Source of the DNA: Tubulanus polymorphus | Taxonomy: Eukaryota; Animalia; Nemertea | Length of the DNA: 64,000 nucleotides | Reading direction: 5' to 3' | NCBI RefSeq assembly: GCF_964204645.1 | Contig: NC_134030.1 | Coordinates: 14,006,656-14,070,655, forward strand | Part shown: in pieces, positions 14,078 through 24,951 of the stretch | Numbering within the stretch: the stretch's first letter is position 1 | How the letters are laid out: each line of letters opens with the position of its first letter | Made by a program: the position numbers and the translations under genes | Notes under the pieces: model-generated | Told to the model about the DNA's origin: nothing | The model's database searches: none | What the model saw: the letters and a program-made list of their open reading frames with translations, nothing else

Positions 14078-16097
14078 TGTAGCGGAAATTCGTTTCACTT
14101 CGTTCTGTTCTTTTTATTTTCCAGCTGCAGAGTCCTCCCCAGCTCAGTCTAAAATTCATATTAAATTCCTATTAAAAGTTTGTATGATGTAAAATAAAAC
14201 CTTATAATGTATTTGTAACTCTGAGACAAGAATGTTTAATGCTTTGGACTTCGGTCTGGTGGATTAGAAACTATTTTTATTTCTATCTTAATGAAATATT
14301 GTATGATTTAATCTGAATTCAAAAACTGTACCTAAAGACCTTTTCTATGTGTTCGGGTCACTCCCGGTTTGTATTTTTCGAGTTAATGTGCCTGAATCGA
14401 TGTTCCCGTGCTTAAATCGATATTTTTATGCTGTGCTCTGTGCCCGAGATGGCGCCACTATACGGTTCTTAATTATATTGTGTGCTCGGGGTGCTTTGTT
14501 TTAACCAATTAGATGGGGTTACGTCATAATCTGGGCTCTATAAAAGGCAAAAATGTGCTTTATTAATTAGTCTCGGTGCACATTCTTAGGTGTGTATTAC
14601 TAAGATTTTGAACTATGGGGGGAGGGATTAATCTAATTTTCTTAGTAAGTCATACTTAGCACTGATTCTCTTTAAGTATTTCTTGGTCCTTATTCTCAAA
14701 GTTGTTTTTCTTCCAAGATGTTTTCGGAAAACAATCTTTCAGGGTTCGAGGAGGTTTTCTCCTTCGAATTATTCCCCGAAAGTATTCTTCTTTCCGATTT
14801 CCTCTCTTGGTTTTTCCCTCAACTTTTGAGTTTGCGGAGTAGTGACCATCTCTTACATAAAAATAATAGGAAGAATGATTAAATAAATACTTAACTGGAA
14901 CTATGATTAAATATAGCGAAAATTCTTATCTTTATTAAGAGCACTTAGAGTTACATCTTCTTTAGCGTAAAACGAGCGCAGGGTTTAAGTAACTATTGTT
15001 GAGTCGTAATGTTAGAATATCTGAAATCTTTATTCCTAATACTTTTGAATTCTGGTGCGAGTCGTGCACTTGTATTAAGGGCAATATGCCCTTGTTAATC
15101 TCCTCCTTTGGTGGCCGGTTGGCCATCTTATCTACCTTAAATGTTGTAAATAAGAGATAACCTCGAGGTTGTGTATATATTGTTCATTGTTCGAATATTT
15201 CCAAGAAATAATAAATAGTATTCAAGAGAATATTATCATATACATAAAATTCTAAATCTTTGCCTTTTTCCCTAAACTATTTTTGTGGTGTCGGATTTAC
15301 TATCAATTGAGGAAAGGATTTTCTTGTGCATTTTTGGGATTCTGTGACACCATAAAATATTCTTGAAGAATCTTGTGGGTTGGAGAGTTTAGGGCATCAT
15401 GTAAGTCTTCAAAAAGGGGAAGCATTGAGGGCACCCTCTAGTGGGAGAGGCCAAATATTGGTGAATGCTCCTCGTTTTATTTAGTTGGTATCTATTATTC
15501 TTTTTGAAGCTAAACGCCTGATCAGGTCGGCTGTGGAGGCTGGAAATACTTGTAGCGCTGGACGCAGTCCTGTATTTCCTCCTCAGTCGGAGAGAAAGCT
15601 AGAGGATTTTTATTTTATTTGACTCATTCATGATTCTTCTATTAATTCTTTTGGTCACAGTTTTTCATACATGCACACGCCTTTTTCATGGGTGATTTGT
15701 GAGGACATTCAGTCACCCGTGTTACCATTATGACTTATCACTGAGAATTAGGACTCCTTTAAGTATTCTCACTCACCAGAGGAAGACTTGACATATTTTT
15801 GCGCGTTAAATCTCATGGAGGAAAACAAGAGAATTTTCCCCTTCTAGCTTCTCTACCTCCCAGATGCTAGTGACGTGAGCGAACCCTAGAAGCGACGCCT
15901 ATATGCAACTTTTTCCTTAAATGTATAGGATTATAGAAAGAGAGAGAGAGAGAGAGTTACCTGTATTCCCTCTTGGTCGAGGAAATTCCGAGAGTTGAGA
16001 CCTTAGACTTGACATTATGAATTTTAACGGAAACGGAAGTAGATTTTTGTAGTCACTTGCCAGAGCACGCTACCCCGAATCCCGGTATTCCGCTTCA
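14078..16097 (+). repeat. 5' LTR of element A (2020 bp)
   Basis: TGTAGCGGAA...TTCCGCTTCA termini. Near-identical to 22396-23866 and to the reverse complement of 50014-52074. Confidence 0.97.
14505..14545 (+). promoter_or_regulatory. LTR A core promoter (CCAAT, CRE-like TTACGTCA, TATAAAA)
   Basis: CCAAT 14505, TTACGTCA 14519, TATAAAA 14539. Same element order as in LTR C. The TATA is mutated to TGTAAAA in the 3' LTR. Confidence 0.65.
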
Positions 16098-16099
16098 AA

Positions 16100-16117
16100 T
16101 GGTGGCAGCGGTGGGAT
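16100..16117 (+). promoter_or_regulatory. Primer binding site, tRNA-Leu
   Basis: TGGTGGCAGCGGTGGGAT, 2 nt after the LTR's CA. Complementary to the 3' end ATCCCACCGCTGCCA-CCA of metazoan tRNA-Leu(AAG/UAG). Confidence 0.9.
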
Positions 16118-16396
16118 TTTCTTCGATATAAGCACATACGTGCATTATTACTATTTTTTTTATCGATACGTTGTAGAGGTTTAGCCTCCCTTGGTGAGTG
16201 AGTCTCCGTAGAGTAATATAATCCGACACCCTCCCTTTTCTCTTATCATTTGAACTACATTAAACTATAAAGGTTAGGTCAGGAAGTTTAGTTAGGTAGA
16301 AACCACAGCAGAGTTTGTTTATCGTTTTTCCGTGATAAAACTTTCTTTCATTCTTTTCATAGCGTATTTGTCTGTGAGTCTTTCGTGTGAATAAGA

Positions 16397-17370
16397 ATGA
16401 GTCGTCCGGCTACCCGCTCCATAACTAGATCTCTTGATAGAAGTAGAAGTGATGAAGATATTCGCCATTTAGCCGAAGCCAGGGATGAACCGGGTATACA
16501 GAGTCTGTCTAGGGGTGACGGACCTGGTGTTAATTCCTCGGCGATGGATGTAGTATGTCCAAATGTTTCCTCCGAGGCCTACAATTATAAAATGAAACCT
16601 GAAAGTTATAATGGTGATACTAGCTGGTCTGATTACCGGTTAAGTTTTGAGACCGTTTCTCGTATTAACTCGTGGCCTGATCATGCAAAAGCCGATAATC
16701 TTTTTGCTTCACTTCGGGGTGCAGCTAGACAGTTGGTCTGTGCAAAACTTTCCTCAGGTGAAGCACTTAATTACTTTGAGATGTGCAAAGTTCTCGAATC
16801 AAGGTTCGGCAAAGGTGCCCATTCTCAGACCTATTTGGCTGAGCTCAAGAATCGCCGCCGTAAAAGACATGAATCCTTGCGAGAGTTGGGTCAATCTATT
16901 CTTGTTTCATGAGCACTTGCGTACCCAGATTTTCCGGGGGACCAACGCGAACAGATGGCGCGTATGCATTTATTGAAGCTTTAGAGGATAAGGGAATGAG
17001 ATTAAAACTGTGGCAAACCATCTACCAAAGCTTGGACGAGCTTATTAGTTTCGCTCTACGAATAGAGGGTATTCAGCTTATGGAAAATGAGCGGGAGGAT
17101 AGATCCAATATTCCTGTTTATCAGGTTCGCTCTTCCGAGGCTGCTAGAAATGATGAGATTACGCGCCTGCGTCAGGACTTTGAGAGGCGTAACGCTAATA
17201 TCAGTAAATTCGTGTCGCAACAAAATGACTATCCTGAGTACAGGTTCAAGCAGTGTTATCGATGGTTAAGATATGGCCATTTAGCGCGCCATTGTAGGAA
17301 CCCCCCTTCTTCTCAACCTCATAGAGAGAGTTTAAACGAGAAGCGGCTGGTCCAACAGGGGAAAGATTAG
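16397..17370 (+). pseudogene. gag: gag of element A (frameshift ~16910, degenerate CCHC knuckle)
   Basis: Two overlapping ORFs with capsid-like motifs (PESYNGDTSWSDY, ESRFG, RRRKRHESLREL) shared with the B and C gags. Knuckle CYRWLRYGHLARHC (C->W). Confidence 0.9.
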
Positions 17371-20300
17371 CTGACTTTGGTGTGTCCCCTTCAAAAGTAG
17401 TTCCTTCGGTTAAATCGGATATCAACTTACCTAGTTCCATGTATATTCCTGCCTCGATTTGGGGAGTTCAGGTCAAATATCTTGTAGATACTGGAGCTCA
17501 CGTAACTATTCTTAGCCGTCATGTCTATTCTAAACTTAGAGACAAAATTAAACTATGTAATTCTAGTGTAAATTTAAGAGCAGCTGATAATCTTCCAATC
17601 AAGGTTTTAGGATCTGCCGTCATACCTATAGGTTTATTCGACTCCAGTATCACCTGGGAAGTCGTCGTGGCGGACATCAAAGATGACGCCATTCTCGGAA
17701 TGGATTTCTTGTCAGCATATGACTGTCATCTTCACCCTAGGCATCAGACAATCACGTGCCAGGGTCATCAGATCAGTGTTGAAAATTCTCCTTCTAATCC
17801 TGTGTTAGTAAGAAGTAAAGATAAAATCAAGGTTCCCCCTCTAACGGAGGTAATCATTCCTTGTTATAAGAGAGGTTCTCATTCATTGGCCAAATGGGCT
17901 ATTGTTGAATCTAATCATAATTGGAAATTAGGTATTGATCTTTGTGTAGCTCGAAGCATAATTGATACTGATTGTGAAGCGATCCCTGTCAGGGTGGTCA
18001 ATTTAAGTGATTCTTCACGTATCATTTATCAGAATTCCCCTCTCGCTACCCTCTCAGGAGTAAATGCTGTATGGTCTGAATCCGATTCAGTGTCTAAGGT
18101 AGAAAGTACTAACCCGGAGAGTCTCAAGGATAAAAATCAAGCGGAGCCCGATCACCTCAAAGATCTTATAAAACGTAGTTGCGAGGGGTTGGATCCGATA
18201 CAGTCCAATCAAGTTAAGAAACTGATTTTGAAATACTCCGATGTATTCGCTAAATCTGACTTGGATTTGGGAGAAGCCATGGGGGTTGAACACACTATTG
18301 ACACGGGACATCTTCCGCCTATTAAACAGAAAGTTCGGCGGGTCCCTCAGGCTAAGCAACCTGAATTGAATTCATTATTAGGTAAAATGCAACAATCTAA
18401 CGTGATTGAAAAGAGCAATTCTGGCTGGAATTCCAGTATCGTATTAGTCACCAAGCCAGACGGTTCGCTCCGATTGGTTAATGATTTCCGAGATTTAAAC
18501 CAACACACGGTTGCCGATGCCTATCCATTACCTAGAATAGACGATACTATCCGATCTATGTCGGGTACTGTTTTCTTTTGTCAGGACGACCTACAGAGCG
18601 GCTATTGGCAAGTTAAATTATCAGAGAATGACCGTGGGAAGACTGCATTTACTCCCCCTCATGGGTTTTATCAATATCGTAAACTACCTATGGGATTGAA
18701 AAATTCTGCCGCTACTTTTGAGAGACTTATGGAAAGAGTTCTCGAGGGTCTTTTGAATGACATTGTTTTAGTTTATTTAGATGACATCATTGTTTATGGG
18801 CGTGATTTTGAGACCATGTTGACTAACCTTGAGAAAGTTTTTATTCGTCTTCGTTCAGCTAATTTGAAACTCAAGCCCAAAAAGTGTAATTTCTTCCGTC
18901 GTAGAGTTCAATTCCTTGGTCATGTTGTTTCTGACAAAGGTGTCTCCTGTTCGGAAGAGAAAATCAAAGCTATTAAAGATTGGGTTAGACCCTCTACTCA
19001 AACCGAGACTAGACAATTCCTCGGTTTGGCTAGCTATTATAGGGGATTTTGTCCTAATTTTGCTTCCATAGCTAAGCCACTTCATTCCTTGACTGAGAAG
19101 TACAAGGTGTTCCAGTGGACTGAGGAGTGTGAGACTTCTTTCCTTAAACTTAAGGAGATGTTAATAACAGCGCCGGTACTAGCTTTTCCTGACCCTAAGC
19201 TTCCGTATATTCTGGACACGGATGCCAGTGGCTGGGGTATAGGTGGCGTTTTGTCTCAACTGGACGAATCCGGTCGTGAGAGAGTCATTTTCTATGGCAG
19301 TAGAACCTTGAGTAAAACTGAGAGAAACTATTGTGTTACGCGTCGAGAGTTACTAGCTGTGGTCGTTTTTTGAAATTCTTCCGATTTTATCTGGAAGGTC
19401 ATAAGTTCACGGTCCGCGCGATCACTCCTCCCTCCGCTGGATGATGAACTTCAAAGAACCCGACGGGCAAACTGCCCGAAGGCTGTCTCTCCTTTCGAGT
19501 TTCGAATTCGATATCGTACACCGTGAAGGGCGTAAGCACACTAACTGTGACACTCTTTCTCGCACTAATTGTCCGCAGTGCCAGCGTATGGAAAGTAAAT
19601 GCTCCGGTAGTAACGAGAAGCCAAACAAACTCAAAGATCTCAGGGTCAATGCAATTTCTCCTGATACACTTCCTGAGGCTGAGTCCCATGTGGCTAAATT
19701 TCTTCCCTCTGACGAGTGAGAGCCACAAAATTTGGCTCAAGCACAGCGTGCCGACCCTGAGTTTGGATGGATCTTTGATTACATTTACAGTGACTCTCGT
19801 CGGGCCTGGTCCGAGATTTCTGCTCTTAGTCCTGCAGCCAAGTTCTATTGGGCTCGGTGGAATTCCATCACAGTAATTGATGGTGTTTTGCATATAACTA
19901 AGAAGAGAGAGGGATTCCCTGACTCTGTACTTACTCTTTTACCTCTCCAATATAGAAAAAGTGTGTTCGAAAATATTCATTCCTCTGTAACATCCGCACA
20001 TTTAGGTATTCGAAAGACTACATTCAGTATGCACCGACGTTTCTTCTGGCATTCTATTTTGTCAGACATTAAATCTTTCTGTCGTTGCTGTGAAGATTGT
20101 CAAGCTAGAAAGTCGTTATCTGAAAAGAGGGCCAAAGCAAAGCTGATGTTATACAATGTAGGTGCTCCTCTTGAGAGAGTAGGAATCGATATCTTAGGTC
20201 CGTTACCTGAGTCCAGATCTGGTAATAGCTATATTGTGGTGGTTTGTGACTATTTCACAAAGTGGGCGGAAGCCTACCCTATTCCCAATCAAGAAGCCGA

Positions 20301-21177
20301 AACAGTGGCTGAGCAGCTTGTTACGTATTTCATTAGTCGATTTGGTGTCCCTAGATCCTTGCATTCGGATCGCGGACAAAACTTTCTTTCCAAGTTGATG
20401 ACAGAGTTATGTGCCATTTTACACATTCGCAAGACCAACACTACTCCTTATAGACCCTCTTCTAATGGTCTCGTCGAGAGATTTAACAAGATGCTAGCTC
20501 AGAGTTTGAGAACTCGTGTGAATGAGAAACAGGATGACTGGGATGAGCACTTACATTTCATTACTAAGGCTTTTCGAGCTACAGTACATGATGTGACCGG
20601 ATTCTCACCCAATTTTCTCATGTTCGGACGTGAAGTCGATATGCCGGTGGACCTTATATCTGGCCGTCCAGCGAACCAGGTGGCTTTTCCGTTTACTCAG
20701 TATGTAGCTGAAATGAAGCGCGAGATAGAATCTGCATTTGAGATTGTCCGAATTAATATAGGAAAGAGAGGAAAGAAAAATAAACGGAACTACGACTTAC
20801 TTAGATCTGGGGGGAAATACGGTGTCGGGGATCAGGTATGGCTATTCCGTCCTGCTGTAGCGGTCGGCTGTAGTAGAAAGCTTTCGTCTTTCTGGAAGGG
20901 TCCATTCCCCGTCATCGAAGTAATTAATGACGTGGTATACAGGCTGTCGGTTCAGGGAAAGTCCGTTACAGCTCATTTTGATCGTCTCAAGCCGTATCAT
21001 GCTGGTAACGTTTGTCCTCCTGAAATTAGAGACAAGAAAATGAGTGAAAGTAATTTTAGAAATTCTGACTTAACCCAGTCGGTGTATGATTCGTCAGATT
21101 CGGTTGTAACACGTTCGGGACGTCACATTAAGCGACCATCTCGATACAATTTAGATCTCTTTGTTTGTTGTCTGTAA
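17331..21177 (+). pseudogene. pol: pol of element A: PR-RT-RNase H-integrase, disrupted at ~19371-19440 and 19717-19719
   Basis: LVDTGA protease, YLDD RT, DTDASG RNase H, H-H...CEDC, D..D..E integrase and a GPF motif. Slippery TTTAAAC at 17331 leads into the pol frame. Confidence 0.95.
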
Positions 21178-21515
21178 GGGTTAACCTTAGTGTTCCTAAG
21201 GGCCTGTTGGGTGCATTGATAATTTGTACTAATCATTGAATATGTATACATAGGAGTAATTAATCTTAAAAATGTTTCTGCTGTGGGTTTCTTATCTTTC
21301 TTGCGGTAATCTCGTGAGATGTAACTCGTTTATAGAGATGTATTCCTTCCTCCTTCTCTTGGAGGGGGTTTAAAACTATTCTCCACCCTTTTTCTGGCTA
21401 GGATGCCACCTTATATACTCACTGACAAGTGGGTTCAATTCGGGTGAAGTTACTTAAGCTATATATATATATATATGAACTTTGTTTTCTCTTTTTCTAT
21501 ACATTTTCAGTGAAT

Positions 21516-22325
21516 ATGGACGTCCAGGACAAGTGGACGTGCCACGACTGCGGTCTTAGCCTTAGTAATACGTACAGGAAGTCGCGCCACCAGGTGTCTT
21601 GCACCTGGAAGCTTTTCGGTCGCAAAACGTATCAGGCCGGCACGGTATTCTCATGCCTTATGTGTGGATTTAGTAATCCGAAAGTGGCGAGGGTAATCAC
21701 ACATATATCAAAATCGCATCGCGACCGCGTTAGAAGGAACGGTAACACTTATGTCGGCTTGATTCGTTCGTGTGTGCCGGAGGGAGTGCCTCGGACGGTT
21801 TTCCCGGGCCTCCCTACCGCTAGTTTCGTGTCCGACGTCGGACTGGATGAGACTAGAGAATCGTCAGTGTCAGAACTCCCGAAGAAGTTCCCGTTTTTTT
21901 CGTTACCGCCGCTGCCGCCTCCGCCGCCGTATTCGCCGCCTCCGCCGCCGTATTCGCCGCCTCCGCCCATCGAAACACCTACGTTGTTCGATTGTCTGAA
22001 CATTCCGCTACCAGGACAAGCTGCGCTGTGCAGCTTTGATGTATCGACTGAGATCATTCTTGACGGCATTGAGGAACCTGCAAAGTCATCCTTACTCATG
22101 CGAACATCTACACCCGTACCAGCTGAAGACGCGGTTCCCGTGGAGATCAACCCTGCAGTACTTTCCGAACCTTCGTGCGCTGTCGGTAATTCTCCGGTCT
22201 CCGAGCAATGTGGCGCTGTTCGGCATGTTCACGATTTTCGCGGACACCACCTCGAGATATCGGTCCCGGTTGGAGTCCCGATTAACTGCCCGTTGTGTCT
22301 TCACCTGGTCAAATCTTTTGAATAA
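21516..22325 (+). CDS. ORF3 of element A: C2HC+C2H2 zinc-finger protein with Pro-rich linker and C-terminal HxH...CxxC (269 aa)
   Basis: CHDC-x12-H-x3-C and CLMC-x12-H-x4-H, PPPPPYSPPPP, HVH...CPLC. ATG lies 5 nt after a polypyrimidine-CAG acceptor (21509-21510). Confidence 0.85.
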   Translation: MDVQDKWTCHDCGLSLSNTYRKSRHQVSCTWKLFGRKTYQAGTVFSCLMCGFSNPKVARVITHISKSHRDRVRRNGNTYVGLIRSCVPEGVPRTVFPGLPTASFVSDVGLDETRESSVSELPKKFPFFSLPPLPPPPPYSPPPPPYSPPPPIETPTLFDCLNIPLPGQAALCSFDVSTEIILDGIEEPAKSSLLMRTSTPVPAEDAVPVEINPAVLSEPSCAVGNSPVSEQCGAVRHVHDFRGHHLEISVPVGVPINCPLCLHLVKSFE

Positions 22326-22379
22326 CCTTATATATATATATACTTTACCTTTGTCGCCTTTTCTGAGCGGGTCGCTCAG

Positions 22380-22395
22380 GGCTGGTGGGGGGCTT
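22380..22395 (+). other. Polypurine tract of element A
   Basis: GGCTGGTGGGGGGCTT immediately before the 3' LTR. Confidence 0.7.
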
Positions 22396-23866
22396 TGTAG
22401 CGGAAATTCGTTTCACTTCGTTCTGTTCTTTTTATTTTCCAGCTGCAGAGTCCTCCCCAGCTCAGTCTAAAATTCATATTAAATTCCTATTAAAAGTTTG
22501 TATGATGTAAAATAAAACCTTATAATGTATTTGTAACTCTGAGACAAGAATGTTTAATGCTTTGGACTTCGGTCTGGTGGATTAGAAACTATTTTTATTT
22601 CTATCTTAATGAAATATTGTATGATTTAATCTGAATTCAAAAACTGTACCTAAAGACCTTTTCTATGTGTTCGGGTCACTCCCGGTTTGTATTTTTCGAG
22701 TTAATGTGCCTTAATCGATGTTCCCGTGCTTAAATCGATAGTTTTATGCTGTGCTCTGTGCCCGAGATGGCGCCACTATACGGTTCTTAATTATATTGTG
22801 TGCTCGGGGTGCTTTGTTTTAACCAATTAGATGGGTTACGTCATAATCTGGGCTCTGTAAAAGGCAAAAATGTGCTTTATTAATTAGTCTCGGTGCACAT
22901 TCTTAGGTGTGTATTACTAAGATTTTGAACTATGGGGGGAGGGATTAATCTAATTTTCTTAGTAAGTCATACTTAGCACTGATTCTCTTTAAGTATTTCT
23001 TGGTCCTTATTCTCAAAGTTGTTTTTCTTCCAAGATGTTTTCGGAAAACAATCTTTCAGGGTTCAAGGAGGTTTTCTCCTTCGAATTATTCCCCGAAAGT
23101 ATTCTTCTTTCCGATTTCCTCTCTTGGTTTTTCCCTCAACTTATGAGTTTTCGGAGTAGTGACCATCTCTTACATAAACATAATAGGAAGAATGATTAAA
23201 TAAATACTTAACTGGAACTATGATTAAATATAGCGAAAATTCTTATCTTTATTAAGAGCACTTAGAGTTACATCTTCTTTAGCGTAAAACGAGCGCAGGG
23301 TTTAAGTAACTATTGTCGTAATGTTAGAGTATCTGAAATCTTTATTCCTAATACTATTGAATTCTGGTGCGAGTCGTGCACTTGTATTAAGGGCAATATG
23401 CCCTTGTTAATCTCCTCCTTTGGTGGCCGGTTGGCCATCTTATCTACCTTAAATGTTGTAAATAAGAGATAACCTCGAGGTTGTGTATATATTGTTCATT
23501 GTTTGAATATTTCCAAGAAATAATAAATAGTATTCAAGAGAATATTATCATATACATAAAATTCTAAATCTTTGCCTTTTTCCCTAAACTATTTTTGTGG
23601 TGTCGGATTTACTATCAATTGAGGAAAGGATTTTCTTGTGCATTTTTGGGATTTTGTGACACCATAAAATATTCTTGAAGAATCTTGTGGGTTAGGGCAT
23701 CATGTAAGTCTTCAAAAAGGGGAAGCATTGAGGGCACCCTCTAGTGGGAGAGGCCAAATATTGGTGAATGCTCCTCGTTTTATTTAGTTGGTATCTATTA
23801 TTCTTTTTGAAGCTAAACGCCTGATCAGGTCGGCTGTGGAGGCTGGAAATACTTGTAGCGCTGGAC
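22396..23866 (+). repeat. 3' LTR of element A, truncated (last ~530 bp missing)
   Basis: Matches 14078-15563 with a few substitutions and small indels, then stops at ...GCGCTGGAC. Confidence 0.95.
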
Positions 23867-23869
23867 TAA

Positions 23870-24925
23870 TTACTGATTTTTAAGTAGAGCGCAGAGTTTA
23901 AGTTGATAAAATTCACAGTAGACACACTGGTACTCTGAGCCTGCGTAGCCGAACAAGATCATATCTCCGTGTCGATGCAATTCTTTCCATGGTCGTTCTT
24001 CTGTTATCTTTCGATCTTCTTTGGTTTGCGTCGAACCGTCTCTCATATCGTTGTTTTGTTTAATCAGGGTAGAACTGATTTTTCTAAGCGGCATTGTCGG
24101 TATTGCATTGTTGGTGAAGGCACATGATTCGATAGATAATTCGGATTCTGTTGCACTCGATGATGATCCGTTGATCTTGGGTAGCTTTACACACGGAACG
24201 ATCGGTTTCTCCGCGGCGAATGATTTCAACTCGGGCACACACGGTGACTTAATATCGGCTTCGAGCAGCGGTTCGGTTGTTTGGTTGTCTTCTTCTATCT
24301 TTGACGCAGCAGACGTTTTTCTTTTAACGGAAATTATCCGCGCGGAACCATCCGGACGCGTCACTGTCGTTTTAGACAGTAACTGCAGCGGGCTTGGAGG
24401 CATTTCTTTCCTAATTTCCTCTAAAATTCTATGGAGATCGTCGTTCGTTGGAAATGAAGTTGTTTTATAATGTGGACTCTTTGGCGTCGGTATTTCCTTG
24501 GTAATTGTGGGAGTTGCGAGTGGGTTTTCTTCCTTAATTACTGTCGGTGTCTTCTGCCTTTTGCCGGTTGGAACCTTGTTCTCTTTTCCCGATTTCCTTT
24601 TAGTTGGATGAAGGATCGGGGTCTCTGGGCGACTTAAGCACTGGATCTCCGGAGGGTCAAATTCAAATTCATCATCGTCGTCTATCGCGACGAGTTTCAC
24701 TTTTCCGATGATGGATCTGGTATCTTCCGAATGTCTTCTGTTCGTTTTTCTAGCATGTTGTCGAATCAGGTCTCGACGTCCGTTCTTGTAACTGCAGAGT
24801 TTGCATCGATATTCATATCCCTGATGCGGCTTACTCTGACATTTTAAATCATGCGACTCGAGGTTCCTCATCGACGCGAAATCTTTCTTACAGTGGACAC
24901 ATAAAAATGGCGTTGTCCCGTGCAT
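23870..24925 (-). CDS. ORF3 of element B: zinc-finger protein (351 aa)
   Basis: CVHC-x12-H-x3-C and CKLC-x12-H-x4-N (last His lost), basic KRKSGK..GKRQK patch, C-terminal HRH...CVYC. ATG lies 1 nt after the acceptor ATACATTTCAG. Confidence 0.85.
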   Translation of the reverse strand: MHGTTPFLCVHCKKDFASMRNLESHDLKCQSKPHQGYEYRCKLCSYKNGRRDLIRQHARKTNRRHSEDTRSIIGKVKLVAIDDDDEFEFDPPEIQCLSRPETPILHPTKRKSGKENKVPTGKRQKTPTVIKEENPLATPTITKEIPTPKSPHYKTTSFPTNDDLHRILEEIRKEMPPSPLQLLSKTTVTRPDGSARIISVKRKTSAASKIEEDNQTTEPLLEADIKSPCVPELKSFAAEKPIVPCVKLPKINGSSSSATESELSIESCAFTNNAIPTMPLRKISSTLIKQNNDMRDGSTQTKEDRKITEERPWKELHRHGDMILFGYAGSEYQCVYCEFYQLKLCALLKNQ

Positions 24926-24951
24926 TCTGAAATGTATGATCATTTTCAAAG

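Larger units (their letters stand above)
14078..23866 (+). mobile_element. Ty3/gypsy LTR retrotransposon A (decayed; 3' LTR truncated)
   Basis: 5' LTR, tRNA-Leu PBS, gag, PR-RT-RH-IN order, ORF3, PPT and 3' LTR are all visible. Confidence 0.97.

Noticed and set aside
20950-21177. Chromodomain at the integrase C-terminus
   Set aside because: After GPF/GPW there is only a short tail with TRSGR..P and no chromodomain signature.
21429-21515. Hydrophobic N-terminal extension of ORF3-A as a signal peptide (Env-like)
   Set aside because: It starts at GTG and is just the translated (TA)n and polypyrimidine tract of the splice acceptor. B and C lack it.
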